The notes below the pieces were generated by a model. It did not search any database, had not been told where the DNA came from, and was given only the letters and a program-made list of their open reading frames with translations. The position numbers and the translations under genes are program-made. Of a DNA stretch of 64,000 nt, positions 56,701-64,000 are shown one piece after another (positions within the stretch are counted from its first letter, which is position 1; each line of letters begins with the position of its first letter). The stretch comes from Candidatus Schekmanbacteria bacterium (GTDB lineage Bacteria > CSSED10-310 > JACPHN01), in the NCBI GenBank assembly GCA_016188575.1, contig JACPHN010000268.1, positions 916 to 64,915 on the forward strand. The letters run 5' to 3'.

Positions 56701-57693
56701 ATGAGCGAGCTGCGCCACGATCCGATCTCCCAGCGCTGGGTCATCATCGCTCCAGCGCGCGCCAGCCGGCCGACAGACTTCGGCGGCACGTCGTCGAGCC
56801 GACCGCGCGCTCCGCGCTGCCCGTTCTGCCCGGGGAACGAGGATGATACGCCGCCGCCCGTCGCCGTGACCGGCCCCGAGATGCAGGGAGAGAGCCCGCA
56901 CGCGCCGTGGCTCGTTCGCGTGGTTCCCAACAAGTACCCTGCCGTCGGACCTGAAATCTCGGCGCGTTTTTCCGCCGGACCTCGCCCAGCCCTGCCTGCC
57001 CAGGGAATCCACGAGGTCATTGTGGAAACACCGTTGCACGATCGTCCGCTCACGATGATGTCCGACCCGGAGGTCACGGCAGTCGCCATGGCCTATCGCT
57101 CGCGCGTCGCCGACGCGGCGAGCGCACCGTTCGCGCGGTCCGTCATGCTCTTCAAGAACCACGGCGCCGATGCCGGAGCTTCGCTCGCGCATCCGCACGC
57201 CCAGCTCATCTCGCTGCCGATCGTCCCGGAGCTGCTGGCGACCGAGCTGCGCGGCACGGCTGCCTATCACGCGGCAAACGGCGTATGCCCGTACTGCGCC
57301 GCGGCCGCAGCGAGCCCGGATCTACTGGTCGCCGAAAACGAGCTCTTCCTGGCCTATTGCCCCTGGGTATCGCGCGTGCCCTACGAGGTCTGGCTGCAGC
57401 CCCGCCGGCACGATCCCGACTTTGCCGCCATGACCGAGCACGAGCCGGCAGCGCTCGGCCGACTGCTGCGGGACGTGCTGATTCGCATCGGGAGCGCGCT
57501 ACAGACGCCGGCCTATAACTACTTTCTGCATACGGCACCGGTACACGGCCAAGCCCACCCCACCTACCACTGGCATCTGGAGATCCTGCCGCGGCTTTGT
57601 CGTTTCGCCGGCTTTGAATGGGGCAGCGGGTTTTCGATGAACCACGTGCCGCCGGAGCTTGCCGCGGAGCGGCTGCGCGCGGTCTCGACATGA
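56701..57693 (+). CDS. galT: Galactose-1-phosphate uridylyltransferase (GalT/HIT family)
   Basis: MSELRHDP, CPFCPGNE, VRVVPNKYP, FKNHG..AGASLAHPHAQ, YHWHLEILP. Confidence 0.9.
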   Translation: MSELRHDPISQRWVIIAPARASRPTDFGGTSSSRPRAPRCPFCPGNEDDTPPPVAVTGPEMQGESPHAPWLVRVVPNKYPAVGPEISARFSAGPRPALPAQGIHEVIVETPLHDRPLTMMSDPEVTAVAMAYRSRVADAASAPFARSVMLFKNHGADAGASLAHPHAQLISLPIVPELLATELRGTAAYHAANGVCPYCAAAAASPDLLVAENELFLAYCPWVSRVPYEVWLQPRRHDPDFAAMTEHEPAALGRLLRDVLIRIGSALQTPAYNYFLHTAPVHGQAHPTYHWHLEILPRLCRFAGFEWGSGFSMNHVPPELAAERLRAVST

Positions 57694-58571
57694 TCCGCGG
57701 TGACGAGCCGCCGCCGCGGGCGTGCCCCAACTGCGGCCACGAGAACGATCGCGCGGACCTCTATTGCCAGCTTTGTCATGAGGTCCTCGGGCCGGAGCGG
57801 CGGCCGGGGACCGCGCCGCCGTGGGGCACCATCACCGTCGGCGCTGGTGCCGGCAACCCGGCGCTGCCGGTCCACCGCGCTGGGGAGCGGGTGGAGAACT
57901 ATTCGCGAGCGCCGCGCCGCGACCACGCGGATGCGGCACGACCGCGGTACAGCAAGACCATCCTGTCGGCGTTTTTCGTCATCGGCGTCGCCAGCGTGGC
58001 ATCGCTGTTCCTTTTCATGGCGCGCCGGCATTCCGCCACTGCCGACCGCGCCGGCTCCCGCGAGCTCGCCATCGCCGCGCTCGGCATCAAGGCCGTGTCG
58101 CCGCCGGGCGGCGACTACTATGTAATCGATCGGCGGGACATCGCTGAAACTGCCGCTCCCCGCGTCCCCGCGGACCGATTTTTCGTCGGCCTGATCGGCA
58201 AGCGCGGGGCGGGCGGCGCGCTCATGCTGTTTTCCTATGATCGCGGCGCGGCCTCGCGCGCGCCGGAGGACATGCTCTCGCAGCTCAGGGCCACGGTCAT
58301 CAGCGCCAGCTTCTCCACCTTCATAGCCGCGGATCCCGCACCCATGCGTCTGGGCGATGCGGTCGCCGCCTGGTCGAGCAGTTGGCGGGGCGAGACGCGC
58401 GAGGAAGGTGCCGCCGGCCGTGGGCGGCTCAACGTGGTGGGCCGGGTCTTGTGGATTCCGCGCGCGAATGGCGCGGCCGCCGTCGTCGTCTATACGGTGG
58501 CGGGGGCGCCCGAGGCGGTCGCGCGCGAGCTCGATGGCTTCCTCGCACTGCTCGCGTTCACGGGGGAATAG
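57690..58571 (+). CDS. Hypothetical membrane protein with N-terminal Zn ribbon
   Basis: CPNCGHEN...YCQLC, one TM helix; ATGA overlap with galT. Confidence 0.7.
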   Translation: MIRGDEPPPRACPNCGHENDRADLYCQLCHEVLGPERRPGTAPPWGTITVGAGAGNPALPVHRAGERVENYSRAPRRDHADAARPRYSKTILSAFFVIGVASVASLFLFMARRHSATADRAGSRELAIAALGIKAVSPPGGDYYVIDRRDIAETAAPRVPADRFFVGLIGKRGAGGALMLFSYDRGAASRAPEDMLSQLRATVISASFSTFIAADPAPMRLGDAVAAWSSSWRGETREEGAAGRGRLNVVGRVLWIPRANGAAAVVVYTVAGAPEAVARELDGFLALLAFTGE

Positions 58572-58748
58572 CCGCGCTGCCGGGCGCGATCCGCATTGCC
58601 GAGACCCGCTACCTACCGCCCCGGCGGCTCAACACCCCGGCGACCCGGCGCAGCGGAGTTGACTTCGCGGGGGCTCGGCCGTAGCGTCGAACAGGCGGGC
58701 GCCGGTGCGCGGCGACGCCGCGAATACCACTGTCGCCGGGGGACACAG

Positions 58749-60032
58749 ATGAGAACAGGGTTTCGGCCATCAGTCGGGCTCGCACTTGCCGCTCTCGTCC
58801 TGGCCTGTCCGTCATGCTCGAGCAAGCCGGCGGAGGCACCCGGTGAACGGAGCGAGAGCAGCTCCCCGCCGTCGAACGCCCCCACAGTGGTCGTGGGCTA
58901 CACCGCCTCGGCAAGCGGCAAGCTCAACGTCGAATCGATCCGCCAAAGAAACGGCCTCGAGCTCTGGCGGGAGCACGTCAACGCGACTGGCGCGTGGCGC
59001 GTCGAAACCCGCTGGTACGACGACGAGTCGCGCAGCGATCGCATCCAGGAGCTGTACACCCGCCTCGCCACGAACGACCACGCGAACTTTCTGATCAGCC
59101 CCTATTCGAGCGGCCTGACCGCGGCCGCTGCGGTGATCTCCGAGCAGTACGGAATCCCCATGATCAGCACCGGCGCTGCCTCGGACAGCACCTATCAGCA
59201 AGGATTGACCATGGTGTACCAGGTCTACACGCCCGCCAGCCAGTACTTGACCGGCGCCCTTGACCTGCTCGCTGCGCGCCTGCCGGATCTCAAGAAGCTC
59301 GCAATCCTGCATGAAGCGGATCGGTTTTCCAGCGACGTCGCCGCGGCGGTCAAGGCCCGGGCGGAGGCCTCCGGATATGCCGTCGTCCTGGACGAGGGGT
59401 ACGACTCGGCGACGACCGACTTCTCGCCGTTCATCAACAAGATCCAACAGGCGCGGCCGGACGCGGTTGTTGGCGGTGGCCATTTTCAGGACGGTAGCGC
59501 GCTGGCGCGGCAGCTCGCGGACAAACGCGTCGCCGTCCCGTTTGTCGCCTTGCTCGTGGCGCCGCCGGAGCCGAGCTTTGCGGAGCTTGGGAGCGCGGCC
59601 ATCGGCATCGTTGGGCCGAGCCAGTGGGAGCCGCAGGCGGCTTATGACGCCGCGGCGGCGCAGGCCGCCGGTACGCGTTGGGTTGGGCCGACCGGAGCAG
59701 AGTTTGCGCACGCCTATCTCCAGGCGTTCGGTGAGCAACCCTCCTATCACGCCGCGGGCGGATACGCGGCCGGGCTCGTGCTGCAGGACGCCTTGCAGCG
59801 CGCCGGCAGCGGCGAGGCGACGGCGTTGAAAACAGCGCTCGACGCCACCGACATCATGACGTTTTTTGGGCGAACCACCTTCGCTACTGCGCCGGAGTCG
59901 CACGGGCTGCAGGTCGGTCACCTCATGGTCTACGTACAATGGCAGCAGGGCGCCGGCGGCAAACCGGTCAAGCGTGTCGTGTGGCCCGCGGCGGCGGCGA
60001 GCGCCGAGCTGGCGGCGCGCCCCACCCCGTGA
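58749..60032 (+). CDS. Liv-type ABC transporter substrate-binding lipoprotein
   Basis: Lipoprotein-like signal, YDDESR, ISPYSSGLT, PSYHAAGGY. Confidence 0.88.
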   Translation: MRTGFRPSVGLALAALVLACPSCSSKPAEAPGERSESSSPPSNAPTVVVGYTASASGKLNVESIRQRNGLELWREHVNATGAWRVETRWYDDESRSDRIQELYTRLATNDHANFLISPYSSGLTAAAAVISEQYGIPMISTGAASDSTYQQGLTMVYQVYTPASQYLTGALDLLAARLPDLKKLAILHEADRFSSDVAAAVKARAEASGYAVVLDEGYDSATTDFSPFINKIQQARPDAVVGGGHFQDGSALARQLADKRVAVPFVALLVAPPEPSFAELGSAAIGIVGPSQWEPQAAYDAAAAQAAGTRWVGPTGAEFAHAYLQAFGEQPSYHAAGGYAAGLVLQDALQRAGSGEATALKTALDATDIMTFFGRTTFATAPESHGLQVGHLMVYVQWQQGAGGKPVKRVVWPAAAASAELAARPTP

Positions 60033-60039
60033 GGAGCCG

Positions 60040-60906
60040 GTGGTGTGGAGCGAAACGCTGCTCGCCTCGACGGTTGACGGCCTGCTGATCGGCGTCGTCT
60101 ACGGTCTGGCGGCGCTCGGCCTGACGCTGATCTTCGGCGTCATGAACGTCGTCAACCTGGCGCACGGTCCAACCATGACCCTGGGCATGTTCGGCATCTA
60201 CCTGAGCGCCACCAAGCTCGGCCTGCATCCGTTCGCGGGTCTGGTCCTCGTTGCGGCGGGCGGTTTACTGCTTGGCGTCGGCATCTATGTCGTCGCGGTC
60301 AAGCGCGTGATCGATGCTCCGCATCTGGCGAGCCTGCTGGCCACGTTTTCGGTCAATCTGATGATCGTGGGCGTCGCCACCGCGATCTTCTCCACGTCCT
60401 TCCGCAACCTGAGCCACGATCTCGGCGTGCTACGCGCCGGGCCGATCGCCGTCCCGGGGACCCGAGTCGCGGCCGCACTGTTGGCGGTGGCGGTCGCCGC
60501 GGCGCTGCAGGTCTTCCTGACGCGCACCCGCCTGGGCAAATACGTGCGCGCCGTGGCGGCCAACCGCGCCGCCGCCGAGCTGGTCGGGATCCCGTCCGCT
60601 CGGGTCCTGGCGCTGAGCTTCGGGATCGGCACGATGCTCGCGGCTACGGCCGGCGGGCTGATCGCGTTGTCCCTGCCATTCACGGTGCTGTCGGGCGGTG
60701 TCTATGAGCTCAAGAGCTTCGTCATCGTGGTGCTGGGCGGCCTCGGCAATCCGTTGGGCGCGCTCGTCGGAGGAGTCGTGCTCGGGCTCATCGAGGGCAT
60801 CGTCCCCGTATTCGCGCGTGCCACATGGGTGCCGGTGCTCGAATACGGGCTATTCGTCCTGATCCTCCTGGTCCGGCCCAGCGGCCTCTTGGGGGGAGGT
60901 CGCTGA
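60040..60906 (+). CDS. livH: Liv-type ABC permease (LivH-like)
   Basis: GLAALGLTLIFGVMNVVNLAHG, VVLGGLGN. Confidence 0.88.
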   Translation: MVWSETLLASTVDGLLIGVVYGLAALGLTLIFGVMNVVNLAHGPTMTLGMFGIYLSATKLGLHPFAGLVLVAAGGLLLGVGIYVVAVKRVIDAPHLASLLATFSVNLMIVGVATAIFSTSFRNLSHDLGVLRAGPIAVPGTRVAAALLAVAVAAALQVFLTRTRLGKYVRAVAANRAAAELVGIPSARVLALSFGIGTMLAATAGGLIALSLPFTVLSGGVYELKSFVIVVLGGLGNPLGALVGGVVLGLIEGIVPVFARATWVPVLEYGLFVLILLVRPSGLLGGGR

Positions 60907-61895
60907 TGGGCACGCAGCGGCGGCACGCGCCGACTGTGGTCGCGGCCTCGCTGCTCGTGCTGTCGGCGGCCCTCCCCGCGCTGGCGGGCAGCGCCAGCAT
61001 GCGCGAAACGATGTTTTCGGTGCTGCTGGCCATCGGCCTGGCAGCGAGCCTCAATATCCTGCTCGGCTATTGCGGGTATGCCAGCTTTGGCCACGTCGTG
61101 TTCTTTGGCATCGGCGGCTACGCCGGCTTCTACCTGGTTGCGGTGCAGGGGGCGCACCTGGCGACCGCGATTGCCGGCGGCGGGCTGGTGGCCGGAGCGT
61201 TTGCCGCCGGTCTGGGGGCGGCCATCCTGCGGCTGCGCGGGCCACACTTCGCGCTCGCCACGATCGGCGTGAACGAGGCCGTCAAGGCGCTGATCGTCAA
61301 TATCGAGCCGCTTGGCGGTCCGACCGGCATGAATCTGAACGTGAGCGTCTTTCGCGCCTATGGCGGCGCTGCCGGCATGCTTTGGGCCGCGTACGGCACC
61401 GCCGCGGCGATCGCCGTCGGTGCCGTGGTGTTGGGAGGCCTCGTGCGCACCTCGCGGTTCGGCCTCGGCCTGCTGGTGATCCGGGAGGACGAAGATGCCG
61501 CGGCGGTGCTCGGAGTGGTCGCCTGGCGATACAAGGTGGGGGCCTACGTGTTGTCGGCGGTTTTTCCGGGGATGCTGGGCGCTCTGTTCTTCTTCAAGCA
61601 GGGGGTGATCGAGCCGGCAGGTGCTTTTCGCCTGGACCTTTCGGTCGAGCTCCTCGTCATGGTGATGCTCGGGGGCGCGGGAACCGTGCTCGGACCCCTC
61701 GTGGGCGCCGGAAGCTACCAACTGCTGCGGTCAGGGCTGCTGACGAGCGACCTGGAGGTCCTGGGGGTGCGCATTCGTGACGTGCAGCTCGCCGTGGCGG
61801 GAGCACTGCTGCTCCTGGTGGTGCAGCTCGTGCCTGCCGGGCTCGTGGGGTGGGCGCGCGGTCGCTGGCTGGCATTGCGGAGCCGACCGGCATGA
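60906..61895 (+). CDS. livM: Liv-type ABC permease (LivM-like)
   Basis: NILLGYCGYASFGH, LRLRGPHFALAT, IREDEDAA, MLGGAGTVLGP. Confidence 0.88.
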   Translation: MGTQRRHAPTVVAASLLVLSAALPALAGSASMRETMFSVLLAIGLAASLNILLGYCGYASFGHVVFFGIGGYAGFYLVAVQGAHLATAIAGGGLVAGAFAAGLGAAILRLRGPHFALATIGVNEAVKALIVNIEPLGGPTGMNLNVSVFRAYGGAAGMLWAAYGTAAAIAVGAVVLGGLVRTSRFGLGLLVIREDEDAAAVLGVVAWRYKVGAYVLSAVFPGMLGALFFFKQGVIEPAGAFRLDLSVELLVMVMLGGAGTVLGPLVGAGSYQLLRSGLLTSDLEVLGVRIRDVQLAVAGALLLLVVQLVPAGLVGWARGRWLALRSRPA

Positions 61896-62659
61896 TTCTG
61901 CATCTTCATCGCGTTACGAAGGCATTCGGCGGCCTCGTTGCCGTCCGCGACGTGACCTTCGCGGTGGCGCCGGGCCAGATCGCGGGGCTGATTGGGCCGA
62001 ACGGCGCCGGTAAGACCACGTTGTTCAACTGTATCAACGGGGTCGTGCCGATCACGGCGGGCCGTGTGGAGCTGGACGGCCGCGCGATTTCGGGATTGCC
62101 GCCGCACGCCGTCGCGCGGCTGGGACTGGCGCGGACGCACCAGATCGTACGGCCGCTCAAGGAGCTTACTGTCCGGGAAAACACGATCGCTGGCGCGTGT
62201 TTCGGGCGCGAGCGCCACGGGCTGAAGGCGGCGGCGCGCCTCGCCGACGAAGCGCTCGAGCGTCTGGAGCTTTCGTCGCTGGCGGCCGTCCCCGCTGGCA
62301 ACCTCACCATCGCCATGAAGAAGCGCCTGGAGCTCGCCCGCGCGCTGGCCGCACAACCGCGCCTGCTGCTGCTCGACGAGGTGCTCGCCGGCTTGAATGC
62401 GACCGAAGTCGGGCAGATGGTGCGGACCATCCGCTCCATTCGCGAGTCGGGGGTCACCATTGTGATGATCGAGCACATCATGCACGCGGTGATGGCGCTG
62501 TCGGATCGGGTCCTCGTGATCGACCGGGGGACGCTGATCGCCGACGGGGAGCCGAAGGCGGTGGCGCGGGATCCGGCCGTCATCGCGGCGTACTTGGGGA
62601 AGCCGAGCGAGCCAGCGGATGCGGATCAGGACGGCGTGTCGCCGGAAGCGCCGCGATGA
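61892..62659 (+). CDS. livG: Liv-type ABC ATP-binding protein (LivG-like)
   Basis: [33 protein letters not shown]. Confidence 0.9.
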   Translation: MILHLHRVTKAFGGLVAVRDVTFAVAPGQIAGLIGPNGAGKTTLFNCINGVVPITAGRVELDGRAISGLPPHAVARLGLARTHQIVRPLKELTVRENTIAGACFGRERHGLKAAARLADEALERLELSSLAAVPAGNLTIAMKKRLELARALAAQPRLLLLDEVLAGLNATEVGQMVRTIRSIRESGVTIVMIEHIMHAVMALSDRVLVIDRGTLIADGEPKAVARDPAVIAAYLGKPSEPADADQDGVSPEAPR

Positions 62660-63417
62660 CGACCACGACGACGACAGCGGCGGCCCCGGCGGCACCCGCG
62701 GCGACGGCGGCGGTTTTGGAGGCGCACGAGGTGGAAACCGGCTACGGGGGGGTGCAGATTCTCTGGGGGATATCGATAGTGCTGGCGCCGGGCACGCTGA
62801 CCGCTCTGGTCGGGGCGAACGGCGGTGGCAAGACGACGCTGTTGCGGGCAATCGTCGGGCAGCTTCCCTTGTGGCGCGGCGCGGTGACCTTCGACGGGGC
62901 GGACCTCGGCCGGCTGCCGCCGCACGGGCGGGCGGCGCGGGGTCTCGTGCTCGTGCCGGAAGGCCGCCAGCTCTTCGCGACGATGACGGTTGCAGAGAAC
63001 CTCGAGCTGGGCGCCACGCCACGCCGTGCCCGAGCGGCGGCAAGGCGGAATCGCGAGCGCGTGCTCGAGCTCTTCCCGCGTCTCGGTGAGCGCCTGCGGC
63101 AGCGGGCGGGGAGTCTCAGCGGCGGCGAGCAGCAGATGCTGGCCGTGGCGCGCGGGATCATGGCCGATCCCCGCCTGCTCATCGTCGACGAGCTGTCCAT
63201 GGGGCTGGCGCCGCTGCTGGCGGCGTCGCTGTTTGCCGCGATGCGGCGATTGCGGGACGGCGGGTTATCGATTCTCCTTGTCGAGCAAAACGTTCAGCTC
63301 GCGCTCGCCGTGAGCGATGCCGCCATCGTGATGGAAAGCGGGCGGGTGGCACGGTCGGGTTCGGCGGCGGATCTCGCCGGCGACGACGGGGTGCGGAAGA
63401 GCTACCTCGGGGTGTAG
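62656..63417 (+). CDS. livF: Liv-type ABC ATP-binding protein (LivF-like)
   Basis: GANGGGKTT, VPEGRQLF, LSGGEQQMLA, VEQN, SYLG. Confidence 0.9.
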   Translation: MTTTTTTAAAPAAPAATAAVLEAHEVETGYGGVQILWGISIVLAPGTLTALVGANGGGKTTLLRAIVGQLPLWRGAVTFDGADLGRLPPHGRAARGLVLVPEGRQLFATMTVAENLELGATPRRARAAARRNRERVLELFPRLGERLRQRAGSLSGGEQQMLAVARGIMADPRLLIVDELSMGLAPLLAASLFAAMRRLRDGGLSILLVEQNVQLALAVSDAAIVMESGRVARSGSAADLAGDDGVRKSYLGV

Positions 63418-63436
63418 GGAGCGCGCGCAAAGCCCA

Positions 63437-64000
63437 TCACGAAGACCCCCCTCCGCTCCACCGGTGCTCCTGACGATCGGCCCATCGTATCGTGAGCCGG
63501 CGTAAGACACGTCTCGGGCGTAGAAACCGGAGCCCGAATATCCCGAGGAGCACCAGCAGGAGGGCAGCCCCGCTTGCCGGCACCGTGGAGCCCGGCTCGA
63601 GGTCCATCCAGGAAACGCCGGCCCCGTCGCTGCTCGCGTAGATCCGCGGCGGGGCGGATCGACCGATCGCCAGGAACCGTACGGTCCCGTAGACCAATCC
63701 TGCGCTGACTGCCGCCCAGGTCCCCCCGCCGTCCGTGGTCTTGAACACTCCGTTGGAGAAGGTGCCGGCATAGACCGTCTGCGGCGTCGTCGGATCGATC
63801 GCCACGTCGTAGACGGTGGTAGCGGTGAGTCCCGAGCTCACCGCCATCCACGTCGTCCCGCCGTCGGTGGTCTTGAACACGCCGTCGAAGGTGCCGGCAT
63901 AGACCGTCTGCGGCGTCGTCGGATCGAGCGCCAAGTCGTAGACGGTGGTAGCGGTGAGTCCGGAGCTCACCGCCGTCCACGTCGTCCCGCCGTCGGTGGT
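63437..64000 (-). CDS. C-terminal part of an Asp-box/BNR beta-propeller surface protein with a C-terminal TM sorting-like signal
   Basis: Repeats KTTDGGTTW...VYAGT; ends VPASGAALLLVLLGIFGLRFLRPRR; frame is open to the window edge. Confidence 0.8.
   Translation of the reverse strand, partial: TTDGGTTWTAVSSGLTATTVYDLALDPTTPQTVYAGTFDGVFKTTDGGTTWMAVSSGLTATTVYDVAIDPTTPQTVYAGTFSNGVFKTTDGGGTWAAVSAGLVYGTVRFLAIGRSAPPRIYASSDGAGVSWMDLEPGSTVPASGAALLLVLLGIFGLRFLRPRRVLRRLTIRWADRQEHRWSGGGSS
63715..64000. repeat. Near-identical coding tandem repeats, period 129/132 bp
   Basis: The ...CCGCCGTC(G/C)GTGGT motif ends at 63739, 63871 and 64000. Confidence 0.85.

Noticed and set aside
63715-64000. CRISPR array
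   Set aside because: Repeats are contiguous, multiples of 3 nt and coding, with no unique spacers and no cas genes.

Overview
GC-rich (roughly 65-70% by eye) chromosomal segment of a diderm bacterium; the taxon cannot be determined from the window. No rRNA, tRNA or CRISPR array was seen. (1) 1-22.2 kb, minus strand: one ~22 kb Wzx/Wzy polysaccharide operon. Its core order (wza, OM beta-barrel, co-polymerase/BY-kinase, priming transferase, YvcK, then GNAT, DegT, GNAT, and further deacetylase, wzy, wzx) parallels the Myxococcus xanthus exo spore-coat genes, with glmS, a UDP-HexNAc dehydrogenase, a GT2, wecB and asnB added. (2) 22.2-24.7 kb: a regulatory cassette with an atypical NarL/LuxR regulator, a sigma54 activator lacking a sensor domain, and two clear sigma54 promoters that share an upstream motif. 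(3) 24.8-34.7 kb: mixed metabolic and signalling genes (ADH, metallo-hydrolase, class III cyclase, acyl-CoA synthetase, Zn-ribbon Ser/Thr kinase, orphan ParA). (4) 34.7-43.7 kb: lipid/acyl-CoA genes. (5) 43.9-49.5 kb: pfkB, sps, sucrose synthase. (6) 49.6-58.6 kb: SDR, epimerase, stand-alone E2-like acyltransferase, a GspE/PilB ATPase with predicted N-terminal membrane helices, a decayed 711-bp IS200/IS605 element with inferable ends, a TPR protein and galT. (7) 58.7-64 kb: Liv-type ABC transporter and a truncated Asp-box repeat surface protein. Short palindromic REP-like elements are scattered through the window, several translated in frame inside genes. All calls come from reading motifs by eye; no database searches were run.
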